Positions 13,346 through 25,347 of a stretch of DNA of 64,000 bases are shown one piece after another. The stretch lies in contig OZ024759.1 in the NCBI GenBank assembly GCA_964016885.1, forward strand, positions 9,238,001-9,302,000, written 5' to 3'. Origin of the DNA: Eledone cirrhosa. Its lineage: Eukaryota. Position numbers and translations under genes: made by a program. Each line of letters opens with the position of its first letter. Within the stretch, counting starts at the first letter, position 1. Below the pieces are notes generated by a model. The model was not told the DNA's origin, searched no databases, and was given only the letters and a program-made list of their open reading frames with translations.

Positions 13346-13763
13346 CTGGTAATATGGTAATAGGAAATTACTGACCTTCCTATTTATAGTTGTTTATACT
13401 ATATACATAACTATAAATAGTATTATTATTATATATATATAATCAAGGGAAAGCAAATAAAGTTAATTTATTAACTTGCGATTGAACCACACTGGCATAC
13501 GGTCGGACTATACTTGTATATTATTTACATGTAGGAACACATACTTTTATTATTATTCTCCCCTATGGTAGAGAAACCTTTGGTCATTTGAACGGCTGCT
13601 ATTTTCAGTAGCAAGAGTTGACCTGTCCACCTTGCTTTCAGTCTTTGCACACGGTACTAGACAAAATTGTTTCATCATTCATTTGCTCTCATTCTGGGGC
13701 AGTTTTGTATGGCGCCTGTTTGTAATTTTAACTCGGGAATTTTATATTCTCTGAGAGAGAAAA

Positions 13764-13845
13764 GCCTTCTGACGAGAATCTCTTTCTCAATGGAAATCCG
13801 CTTGGATTATCTATTTGTTCTGGGATCTGAAACCGCGGTAAAGGC
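13764..13845 (+). ncRNA. Type I minimal hammerhead ribozyme
   Basis: GCCUU CUGACGA [long stem II] GAAA CCGCGG UA AAGGC. Perfect stem I GCCUU/AAGGC; palindromic stem III ACCGCGGU; GUA triplet. Confidence 0.82.
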
Positions 13846-14029
13846 ACATATAGTAAGTACAGTGTATTTTTTGAAATTTATTTTAAAATTTTTTCTTTAT
13901 TTGCTTTCCCTTGATTATATATGTTCTGGCTTGTTAGTTTATTAACTTACCATTGAACCAGACTGGCATATGGTCAGACTATACTTGTATCCCTATGTGT
14001 ATTATTTACATGTAGGAACACATACACAT

Positions 14030-14607
14030 TAAGGCTGTACATGGCTATGGCGCGACCACACTTAGAATTTGCATCACCAGTCTGGAACCCCTATCTTGCT
14101 CACAACATTGACCGCCTGGAAACTGTTCAGAGACGTGCAACCAAGCGAATACCCTCCATCAGGCATCTACCATACTCTGAGCGCCTTGCTTCCCTGGGCA
14201 TGGATACATTGAAGCTCCGACGCCTGGCAACTGACTTGGTAAACACCCACAACATTGTTAACCATGTTGCCAACAACAACCCTGAGTACCTTTCTGATTT
14301 CCATGTGTCTAACACACGTGGACATGCCCACAAAGTAAGAAAACAGCACAGTTCCCATGACTTTCGGAAACATTTTTTCACGCTCAGAGTTGCTGAAGCA
14401 TGGAACAAACTACCTGCATCAGTTGTTAGCTGTCGAGACACTGCATCCTTTAAGGCCTCCATGCTTCCCGAGATCCGCCAACACTACAGCTAACACATAC
14501 ACACATATACTTCCCTGACATTTGTGTATTATTCTATGTACTATACATACACCTTTGACGACTTGTAGTGCACCTGAGCACTTTACACAATAATTTCATT
14601 ATTATTA
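14030..14607 (+). mobile_element. 5'-truncated CR1/L2-group LINE 3' end
   Basis: RPHLEFASPVWNPY...VQRRATK...TRGH...FFTLRVAEAWNKLP followed by an (ATT)n tail. Confidence 0.88.
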
Positions 14608-14613
14608 TACTTT

Positions 14614-14651
<38 letters not shown>

Positions 14652-14654
14652 AAA

Positions 14655-14694
<40 letters not shown>

Positions 14695-14803
14695 TGGGTA
14701 GATGTATTAGCATTATTTTCACTATTACCATGCTTATTTTTAATATTCAAACTTCCAATAGGGCTTAATTTCTGTGTAATAGAAAATAGATATGTGTACT
14801 GTA

Positions 14804-14843
<40 letters not shown>

Positions 14844-15176
14844 ACATATATACATGTATATATTGTACCTTCTGAGTTTTAATTTGGAATTTTAATGTTG
14901 GTATAAATATATTATTATTATAATGTATTATATTGTGTTATATATAATTCCTGCTCTATATAATCAAATTTGTTTAGATTTAAGTTGGTGGCTTTGGACT
15001 ATATTTGTAATATGGTTCTTAATGTTATCTACATCCTTAGTTATTATAATTTTATTATTTTTATCTTTATTTTCATTTTTATTATCGTATATCTTTGCAA
15101 GACATTAGTGTATGTACACTCCATATTCTTCAGAGTTTCTGGCTTGTATCTGCCGATATTACTTCTTGTTGTTTTG

Positions 15177-15221
15177 ATTGCCCTGATGAGTCCTTAATAG
15201 GACGAAACATTGTCGGCTAAT
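15177..15221 (+). ncRNA. Type I minimal hammerhead ribozyme
   Basis: GCC CUGAUGA GUCC uuaaua GGAC GAAA CAUUG UC GGC. Canonical core; GUC triplet at 15212-15214. Confidence 0.88.
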
Positions 15222-15350
15222 AAAAACTTTTGATGTATTAAAGGATTCTTTGTTTTACTCTCTTAATTCTTTGGCTCTGTTTAACTGCATTGAGTTATAC
15301 CTTTTACTGTCATTTCTATAATACGAAGAGGGTGTTTGACTACAACACGC

Positions 15351-15406
<56 letters not shown>

Positions 15407-15520
15407 AGGATTAGAATACTGGAGCGTGTTGGAGTCAAACACCCTCTTCGTATTATAGAAATGACAGTAAAAGGTATAACTCAATGCAGTTAAACAGCGT
15501 TTTACGTCCATTCTTTCATG

Positions 15521-15557
<37 letters not shown>

Positions 15558-15931
15558 TATATATATATGTGGATGTAAAATGATGATGATAATGATTTCA
15601 ACTATAGGCACAAGGCCAGCAGTTTGGGGGTAGGGGAAAGTCGATTAAATTGAACCCCCCAGTGCATTACTGGTACTTTATTTTATCGATCCCCGTAAGG
15701 ACGAAAGGCAAAGCTAACTCTAACAGTGCTTGAACGTAGAACGTAAAGGGCCATAACTCTATGCTGCAAAGCAAGGTGTCTGACGCTTTACACTGCCAAA
15801 ATCATAACAACAAAAACCAAATACTGACTCTTGTCTTCGTAAAGGGCCATAACTCTATGCTGCAAAGCAAGGTGTCTGACGCTTTACACTGCCAAAATAA
15901 TTGTTTCTAACAACAAAAACCAAATACTGAC

Positions 15932-16096
15932 TCTTTTCTTCTGCTTCTCAGCCTCGAAATCTGTGTCATCCTCTTCAGTAGAGTCTTGTGGGTCATGGAG
16001 CAGGAACTCACACAAACACTGGACAGGGAGGACATCCAAGGATCCTTCATTGGATTCTACCAACTCAGCAAGCCAGGGCATTGATTGGGTTGTACC
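15932..16096 (-). CDS. INTS1: INTS1 exon (GTTQSMPWLAELVESNEGSLDVLPVQCLCEFLLHD...KQKKR)
   Basis: tgtag|GGT acceptor and AGA|gtcagt donor; 165 bp; QSMPWLA..EGSLDVLPVQCLCEFLLHD motif. Confidence 0.94.
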
Positions 16097-16154
16097 CTAC
16101 AGCAGAAGCAAAACAGTTATTAAAGACAAAGACAACCTCGCTAGTGTTGGTCAT

Positions 16155-16438
16155 ATACACCCAGTGTACTCTGTAAAGTGGTTGGTAACAGGATACATAC
16201 ACCCAGTGTACTCTGTAAAGTGGTTGGTAACAGGACACATACACCCAGTGTACTCTGTAAAGTGGTTGGTAACAGGATACATACACCCAGTGTACTCTGT
16301 AAAGTGGTTGGTAACAGGATACATACACCCAGTGTACCCTGTAAAGTGGTTGGTAACAGGATACATACACCCAGTGTACTCTGTAAAGTGGTTGGCAACA
16401 GGATACATACACCCAGTGTACTCTGTAAAGTGGTTGGT
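16155..16438. repeat. 42-bp minisatellite, about 7 copies
   Basis: Unit ACACCCAGTGTACTCTGTAAAGTGGTTGGTAACAGGATACAT. Confidence 0.95.
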
Positions 16439-16894
16439 GAGATGAAAGACCAGCAGATGTGTGAAAGACACAATAACTTCCCTTGTGCCCAAGATATGAC
16501 AATCTCCCTAGTGTTGGTGGTCTACACGATAAACAACCACCCAATACACTCTATAAAGTGGTTGAACATAGGAAGTGCTGGCCTCACAATGACATGCACC
16601 CAGTGCACTCTGCAGAGTACAAGCAAAGTAAGTGAGAGGGGGGCCCATGGTCCATCTTAGAGATCAGTAACTTCAATTAAGTACTGAAACTTAGTCTGTA
16701 ATAATCTGTCCAACCCTTGCTAGCATTAAACAATGATAGAAATTATCATATTCATAGGGTCTCCCAGTCCTAACATGAATAGCAGCATGAAATGAAGCAT
16801 CTTACTCAAGAACTCAACACAGCGTGGGCCCACCCCTTTACAATTTTGAGACTAATACTCTAAGCATGAGGTCACCTGACTCCACAATAGTTAC

Positions 16895-17024
16895 CTGACG
16901 TTGTATTATATCCAGGAGGAAGTCTGGGTTACGGCTTCGACAGAGACGCTGACCAATTTTCAAGTTCTGGTTCAAAGTGACGAGCTGTTCAATAATAGTA
17001 GATGGAGGTTTGCGGAGAGCCCCT
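16895..17024 (-). CDS. INTS1: INTS1 exon (GALRKPPSTIIEQL...LCRSRNPDFLLDIIQRQ)
   Basis: tacag|A acceptor and CAG|gtaact donor; 130 bp; LCRSRNPDFLLxIIQRQ motif. Confidence 0.94.
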
Positions 17025-17060
17025 CTGTAATAGGAGATATAAAGATATATATATATATAT

Positions 17061-17234
17061 ATATTGTTATACTTTGGGAGGGTCATGTTGCCAATAAGAA
17101 ACACACGCACCAGTTGCTTTCACTTCAATTTATTATATATTTATAAATTTATAAATATATAATAAATTGAAGTGAAAGCAACTGGTGCGTGTGTTTCTTA
17201 TTGGCAACATGACCCTCCCAAAGTATAACAATAT
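17061..17234. repeat. 174-bp spacerless palindrome
   Basis: Symmetric about 17147/17148. Confidence 0.95.
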
Positions 17235-18614
17235 CGGTTTCAACACACGATTTCAGATAAATAATCTTGCTAAACAAATTCAGAAACGAAATATATATAT
17301 ATATTTATGTGTGTATGTGTGTGTGTTGAACAATGAAAACAAAACATAAGTCAGAGATAGTTAGTTTATTGTTTTATGATCATTTCAGAAAGTCAATTGA
17401 TCGTGGAAGATCAATGTATCAATTATCATGGTAGTGGTTAGGTTACTACGGATTTTGCCATAATCCAGTAATTGATTACTTAACCTTAAATGTCTTACGT
17501 GAATCACAGCAGGAAACAACACAGTACAATGGAGAAATATATTAGTTTAACGCTTGATATAGTAGGAAAAGGGTCTATGGTTCAGATGCTAGTCCTTCAT
17601 CAGAAGATACAATGAGAAATAATTGTTTCTACTTTTGGCACAAGGCCAGCAAATTACCCAGTACATTACTGGTACTTTATTTTATCGACCCCGTAAGGAT
17701 GAAAGGCAAAGTTAACCTCGGCGGGATACAATGAGAAATAATGAAATAGAAAGATAGGGAGAGAGAAGAGGAAGGAACAGAAAAATAAAATTTTGGGAAA
17801 AAGCCCCTGTGTATTGAGTTAGCCATATATCATACACAAGACAGCATCAGTTTTCCATGGCAACATGAATGAACCTGTTATTTTTCTCTACAAAATTTTT
17901 TCCAATTCCACCCCACCCGTCCCTTCAATCTATCTAATTTCTCATTCTTTCTTCTGATGAAGGACTAGCGTCCAAAACATTAAGACCCTCTTCCTGCTAT
18001 TGCAAGCATTAAACTAATATATTCATTCCATTTATTGTAGCGATTGTGTTGTTATTACTTGTTTACCTTTTACATACATATATATACATACATACATACA
18101 CACATATAAATATATATATATATCATCATCATCATTTTACGTCCGCTTTTCCCTGCTTGCAAGGGTGGGACGGGAACTGATTCTGGCTTGATTTCTACAG
18201 CTGGATGCCCTTCCTAACACCAACCTCATTTACAGTGAGTGCTGGGTGCTTTTTTGCCGTGGCACCTCCACGACCACTTTACAGTAGAATGATAGGGACC
18301 CTCAGCTGGGTGGATTTCATGAGCGAGAGAGGTACAGACCGTGTTGATGTGTGTGAGATGTAAGCAGGAAGAGACCCACTACAAGCCAAACGGGAGGAAG
18401 TGAGAAGGGGAGAAACAGAGAGTTAGTGAGTGGAAGTGTGAGGAAGAGGTCAGTCGAGAGAAAGTGTAACTGACAGAGGGGGGCAAAAGAAGGTGAGAGA
18501 AACAGAGAGAGCGGGGAAGCAGTAAGAGAGAAACAGACAAACGCAGCTGAGGTAAATATATATAAAAACATGAGAAGAAAGAAGAATACTGAGTGGTTGC
18601 ACATGGGTTACATA

Positions 18615-18660
<46 letters not shown>

Positions 18661-18691
18661 AGTGTAATTTTCTACACAAAACGAAGGTTAT

Positions 18692-19427
18692 AGAGAAAAT
18701 TGAGGTTGGTAATGGCACATGGAATATATAAGAGACAGAATACTTTTTTGTGAAAAAACATAATTTTATAAGGTAAGGAAATAATAAAGGGTATAAAAAA
18801 TGACCGGTTTCGATGGGTCTGCAAAAGCCGTCTTTTCAAATGTTGATTAATATTAAGAAAAATTAATAATACGAAGAGTTAAAATTTGAGATTTGAAAAT
18901 TCAAGTATAAAATTCATTGTGGGATTTCATAGCAGTTTTCATCTAGGTAGCAACAACAGGTTGACTGCTGTGTCCCTTTCTGGTAGTGAATGAGAAGTTA
19001 TTTGGGGTGTGGGTTATTTTATAAAGGTCAGATTTAGCAATCGCCAACTGGCCAGCTGCTGGTCAGTGAGGGGGTGGCCAGTTGGCGATTGCTAAATCTG
19101 ACCTTTATAAAATAACCCACACCCCAAATAACTTCTCATTCACTACCAGAAAGGGACACAGCAGTCAACCTGTTGTTGCTACCTAGATGAAAACTGCTAT
19201 GAAATCCCACAATGAATTTTATACTTGAATTTTCAAGTCTCAAATTTATTCTTCGTATTATTAATTTTTCTTAATATTAATCAACATTTGAAAAGACGGC
19301 TTTTGCAGACCCATCGAAACCGGTCATTTTTTATACCCTTTATTATTTCCTTACCTTATAAAATTATGTTTTTTCACAAAAAAGTATTCTGTCTCTTATA
19401 TATTCCATGTGCCATTACCAACCTCAA

Positions 19428-19435
<8 letters not shown>
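18692..19435. repeat. Long inverted repeat: ~360-bp arms, 20-bp spacer
   Basis: 18692-19054 is a near-perfect reverse complement of 19075-19435. Confidence 0.95.
19282..19331 (+). ncRNA. Degenerate hammerhead motif; mirror copy at 18796-18845 (-)
   Basis: CAACAU UUGAAAA GACGG...CCCAUC GAAA CCGG UC AUUU. The CUGAAGA box is mutated; GAAACCGGUC is intact. Confidence 0.5.
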
Positions 19436-19520
<85 letters not shown>

Positions 19521-19524
<4 letters not shown>

Positions 19525-22500
19525 GTGGACGAGAATGCGATCACTCCTCTTTGTTTCGACCGCGGACGGCTAACATAACCCCATCTCCCCCTGCCCCCCA
19601 CCGCCCCCACCCTCCAAACGCAATCCAAAACTTCAGAGTTGGTACCGTAAATGTAGGCACCCTAAAGGGTCGCGCTAACGAGGTTGTAGAAATGCTTGAA
19701 CGTATGGAGGTCGATGTTTGTTGTATCCAAGAGACCAGGTGGAGGGGTGGGTCTGCTAGATTCATTGAGGGTAAAAAACGATGTTATAAGCTTTTCTGGG
19801 TGGGAAACGACGATGCGCTGGGTGGAGTAGGAATCATGGTAGCAGAAAAGTGGGCAGATAAGATAATAGACGTAAATAGAGTGAACGACAGAATAATTAA
19901 AATACGACTTGTCCTCAATAGAACTACGGTGACAGTAATATCTGCATACGCACCCCAATCCGGACTGCCCGGCACTATAAAAGACAGATTCTATGAGACA
20001 CTGATGCTCGCTACCTCCCAAATAACCGACAGTGACTATATAATTATTGCAGGCGACCTAAATGGTCACGTTGGACAACATTGTGACGGCTACGACGAAA
20101 TCCATGGAGGCTATGGGTTTGGTACTAGAAATGAGGAAGGCTCCAGAATCCTGGAATTCTGTGATGCAAATAACCTAACTATCTGTAACACTAACTTCAA
20201 AAAACGTGACAACCACCTGATCACCTATAGATCCGGGGAACACACAAGCCAGGTAGATTATATCCTTACCAGAAGACGTGACAGAGTGTCTGTTGTAAAC
20301 ACTAAATCCCTCCCCCATGAAGAATGCACCTCCCAACATAGACTGATAATTAGCGACCTCATAGTCAGGACGAGACGTACTCGACAGCAGAAGAGGACTA
20401 TCCTCAGGAGAAAAATATGGAAGCTAAAGGACCCCACAGTCAGAAATAAATTTCAAAGCATATTACTTGATGCTTTCGACAGTAAGGAAGAACATTTAGA
20501 GTCGGACAATATAGAGGGACAGTGGGAATTTCTGAAAGCAAACCTGCTGATGGCGACAGACGAAGTCTGTGGCTGGAGCAGGCCTGCAGGCAGGAGGAGA
20601 GTAACATGGTGGTGGAACAGTAAGGTGGAGGGGTCAATTAAGGCCAAAAAGCAGGCTTGGAAAGTATGGCGGGATGGGGGAAGTAGAGAAGACTATCAAG
20701 TGGCCAGGAGGGAAGCTAGGAGACAAGTGTACTTCGCAAGAAGGGAAGCAGAGGAAAGAAAGTTCAAGCATGTTCTACAACGCGAGGACCAAAAACGTGA
20801 GGTGTTCAGGATTGCTAGGCAATGCGTCAAGGAAAACCGTGATATTGTCGGGGAGAAGTGTGTACTTAACGATGATGGCATACTTGCCATCACCGACGCT
20901 GATAAGAAGGTAGCTTGGAAGTGTCACTATGAAAGGCTACTAAATGAGGAGAATAAATGGGAGAAAGACAGTCTCCCCCATATCGACCCAACAGAGGGAC
21001 CAGCAGTGTTAGTCGAGGGGAGTATAATAAGTAAGGCAATCAAGGATATGAAGACGGGTAAGGCGGCTGGGCCTTCGGAAATAGTTGCTGAGATGCTGAA
21101 GGCATCTGGCACGGTGGGACACACCATGGTCACCCGCATAGTTAACCAAGTCGTACAGAATGGGGTTGTTCCGAAGGACTGGCATAGCAGCATCATTGTT
21201 AACTGTTATAAGGGTAAAAGAGACGCCCTAGATAGGAGTAACTATAGAGGCATTAAATTAATCGACCAGGTCATGAAGGTCACGGAAAAAGTAATAGCGC
21301 AACTAATCAGAGAGAGAATTGACCTAGATGAAATGCAGTTCGGGTTTGTGTCAGGCAAAAGTACCACAGACGCTCTTTTCATTGTACGACAACTACAGGA
21401 GAAGTACCTAGCTAAAGGTAAACCCCTCTACTTAGCTTTTGTCGACTTGGCGAAAGCCTTCGACAGAGTCCCCCGCTCCATTATCTGGTGGGCTCTTAGA
21501 AAACTAGGCGTTGACGAATGGCTTGTGAGGGCTATACAAGCCATGTATAAAGAAACAGTCAGCAAGGTTAGAATTAACAACGAATATAGTGAAGAGTTTA
21601 GCGTAAAAGTTGGCGTCCATCAGGGCTCTGTTCTCAGCCCCCTACTATTTATTATTGCCCTTCAGGCTATAACAGAGGAGTTCAAGACCGGCTGCCCATG
21701 GGAACTCCTATACGCAGACGACCTGACACTCATAGCGGAATCAATGGCCGAGCTAGAGAAGAAATTCTAAACATGGAAGCACGGCCTAGAATCAAAAGGA
21801 CTTAAAATTAACTTGGCTAAGACTAAAGTTCTAGTTTGTAGGAAAGAAAATAAGGCGCCGGTCCCTTCTGGGAAATGGTCGTGCTCGGTGTGTAGGAAAG
21901 GCGTAGGTAGAAACTCCATTTTATGTCCTAAATGCAAAGTATGGGTGCATAAAAGATGTAGTGGGATCACAGGTAAGCTAACTAAGAACATAGATTTTAC
22001 ATGTGGCCGGTGCTCTGGTGCAATAAGTAGCAGCAAGTGCCCACAAATAACTAGCTCTTTCAATTGCGCAGAGGGTTCTATAGAAATAGTGGGCAGCTTC
22101 CGTTACCTGGGCGATAAAATCAGCAGTGGGGGAGGGTGCTCTGAAAGTACAGTAGCTAGAGTCAGAACTGGTTGGAAAAAGTTCAGAGCTTATACCACTA
22201 TTAGCTGCTAAAGGGTTCTCCCTAAAAATGAAAGGCAGGTTGTACAATGCCTGCATACGAACAGCAATGTTGCATGGCAGTGAAACCTGGGCATTGTGTG
22301 CAGAGGATATACGCAGACTAGAGAGAAACGAAGCTTGCATGCTCCGCTGGATGTGTAACAGTAATATACGTGAACGGCAAAGCATAAACGAACTAAGGAA
22401 AAAATTAGAAATAAGAGGGATCAGATGTTGTTTACTCGAGAGAAGGCTACGTTGGTATGGACACGTGATGCGCATGAAAGTCGATAGCTGTATAACAAAG

Positions 22501-23067
22501 TGCAGGGCAATAAAGATAGACGGTAGCCACGGAATAGGCAGACCTAGAAAAACCTGGGACGAGCTGATAAACTCCGACCTCACACACTTACACCTCTCCA
22601 AGACAATGTCACTGGACCGAGACCTTTGGCGGTACTCAGTAACAGAGAAGACCCGCCTTACCTAAATACATAGTAAAACCTACTACAGCCAGTAGGCATC
22701 TCTAACAAAATACCCCCCCGTCCCACCACCACCACTCCCACCCCATCCACACCACCCCGTTCTATGTAAAGTTATGTTGGTGCCACACCATCCAGGCCGA
22801 AACAAATGAGATCGTGTAGGTGTCACGACAAAAAAACCCACAGTCCACGCTGTAATGTGGCCGTGTAGGCAACACGGTAAAAACCTCCCAGCCCGACACT
22901 GTAAATGTGGTTGGTGTTAGGAAGGGCATCCAACTGTAGAAAACCTGCCAGATAGTCCTATGCGAGCAAGACGATCACTCTTGCCTCAAGTGGGACTACC
23001 CCCGTCCAAGCCCATGCAAGCGTGGAACACGGACGTTAAACGTTGATGATGATGATGATGATGATGA
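19521..23067 (+). mobile_element. Near full-length RTE-clade LINE (APE endonuclease, RT, PHD finger), disabled
   Basis: EN motifs VGTVNV, CIQETRW, AGDLNGH, SQVDYIL. RT motifs NYRGIKL, AFVDLAKAFD, GVHQGSVLSP, LYADD. In-frame TAA at 21768-21770, frameshift near 22188, ORF end at 22665, 3' UTR and (GAT)n tail. Inserted in a (CT)n(TA)n tract. Confidence 0.95.
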
Positions 23068-23163
23068 TATATACATACACACATACATACAAACATATAA
23101 TACAAAATATTAGACTAGAACAAGAGTTTGAAGGTATAATTAAAAAGATGAAAATAAACATAC

Positions 23164-23288
23164 GAGACATCCATAGTGGTGAGTTGGGACAGCAATAAAC
23201 TGTTAGACTCTGTGATGGTTATTTTACTGGTGGCTGCTGCTAAATGGGACTCGAACTCCAGTATTTCATGTTTCTCTTTCTCGTACAA
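23164..23288 (-). CDS. INTS1: INTS1 exon (LYEKEKHEILEFESHLAAATSKITITESNSLLLSQLTTMDV)
   Basis: ttcag|TTG acceptor and TC|gtatgt donor; 125 bp; HLAAA..TITESxSLLLSQLT motif. Confidence 0.93.
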
Positions 23289-23392
23289 CTGAAAAAACAT
23301 CAGAAATATAGATCAGTTATCTATTTAACTTTATCTTACCACATTTCTAAAGAAAGACTCCACCATCGTTTTTAAAATATTCTCATAATTAA

Positions 23393-25123
23393 CCCTTTAG
23401 CCTTCACATTACTCTATATATACTATTGTATTTTCACAGTAAAGGCTTTACCTCACATAATATCTCACATACTATTTACATTACTCTATATATACTATTG
23501 TATTGTCACAGTAAAGGCTTTACCTCACATAATACCTCACATAACATTTACATTACTCTATATATACTATTGTATTGTCACAGTAAAGGCTTTACCTCAC
23601 ATAATATCTCACATAACATTTACATTACTCTATATATACTATTGTATTTTCACAGTAAAGGCTTACCTCACATAATATCTCACATAACATTTACATTACT
23701 CTATATATACTATTGTATTGTCACAGTAAAGGCTTTACCTCACATAATATCTCACATAACATTTACATTACTCTATATATACTATTGTATTTTAATGGTA
23801 AAGGCTTTACCTCACATAATATCTCACATAACATTTACATTACTCTATATATACTATTATATTTTCATGGTAAATGCTTTACCTCACATAATATTTACAT
23901 TACTCTACATATACTACTGTATTTTCACAGTAAAGGCTTTACCTCACATAACATTTACATTACTCTATATATACTATTGTATTTTCACAGTAAAGGCTTT
24001 ACCTCACATAATATCTCACATAACATTTACATTACTCTATATATACTATTGTATTTTAATGGTAAAGGCTTTACCTCACATAATATCTCACATAACATTT
24101 ACATTACTCTATATATACTATTGTATTTTCACAGTAAAGGCTTTACCTCACATAATATCTCACATAACATTTACATTACTCTATATATACTATTGTATTT
24201 TAATGGTAAAGGCTTTACCTCACATAATATCTCACATAACATTTACATTACTCTATATATACTATTGTATTTTCACAGTAAAGGCTTTACCTCACATAAT
24301 ATCTCACATAACATTTACATTACTCTATATATACTATTGTATTGTCACAGTAAAGGCTTTACCTCACATAATATCTCACATAACATTTACATTACTCTAT
24401 ATATACTATTGTATTTTAATGGTAAAGGCTTTACCTCACATAATATCTCACATAACATTTACATTACTCTATATATACTATTATATTTTCATGGTAAATG
24501 CTTTACCTCACATAATATTTACATTACTCTACATATACTACTGTATTTTCACAGTAAAGGCTTTACCTCACATAACATTTACATTACTCTATATATACTA
24601 TTGTATTTTCACAGTAAAGGCTTTACCTCACATAACATTTATATTACTCGATATATACTATTGTATTTTCACAGTAAAGGCTTTACCTCATATAATTATC
24701 TCACATAACATTTACATTACTCTATATATACTATTGTATTTTCACAGTAAAGGCTTTACCTCACATAATATTTCACATAACATTTACATTACTCTATATA
24801 TACTATTGTATTTTCACAGTAAAGGCTTTATCTCACATAATACCTCACATAACATTTACATTACTCTATATATACTATTGTATTTTCACAGTAAAGGTTT
24901 TATCTCACATAATACCTCACATAACATTCACATTACTCTATATATACTATTGTATTGTCACAGTAAAGGCTTTACCTCACATAATATCGAATCTATGAGA
25001 TTTTGAAAGTATTTATTTTGAGAACAATACCTTAACATCAGTTTGAGCGACCAGTTACAGCCAGTTTCAACAGAAAGAGGTAGAGAATTCTGGCCGGTTT
25101 TGGCCGGTTAGAACATTAAAGGG
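23393..25123 (+). mobile_element. piggyBac-type MITE with the internal 59-bp repeat expanded to about 27 copies
   Basis: TTAA|CCCTTTA...TAAAGGG|TTAA ends. Confidence 0.85.
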
Positions 25124-25271
25124 TTAAACTGGAGTTTAGAATGTAACAAAAGTTCTTACATGAAATTATGACAGAAGCTAATTTTAGATAAACACTTAAA
25201 CTTTTTTGTTAAGATATTTCTGATGAAAGACACTCTCCATGGTTTTAAAATACGTTCTAGATTAGACATAC

Positions 25272-25347
25272 CTGTTTCTCATGGTTTTTGATCTCCTCAA
25301 TATGTTTCTCATCAGTGGCTGTCGTGGGAGGAGGGAACCTGTAATTG
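25272..25347 (-). CDS. INTS1: INTS1 exon (NYRFPPPTTATDEKHIEEIKNHEKQ)
   Basis: ttgcag|C acceptor and CAG|gtatgt donor; 76 bp, phase 2 to 0. Confidence 0.88.

Noticed and set aside
19407-19520. N-terminus of the 787-aa ORF
   Set aside because: It comes from the palindrome arm and the (CT)n(TA)n tract; the RTE sequence begins at about 19521.
23426-25006. 526-aa and 331-aa repetitive ORFs
   Set aside because: They are translations of the 59-bp MITE repeat. The same applies to the ORFs at 4301-5694, 5854-6540, 43981-46811, 50841-51446, 52318-53085 and 58435-59022, which translate other tandem repeats.
25219-25240. CTGATGA boxes here and at ~59413
   Set aside because: No pairable stem II, GAAA and NUH downstream, so these are not hammerheads.
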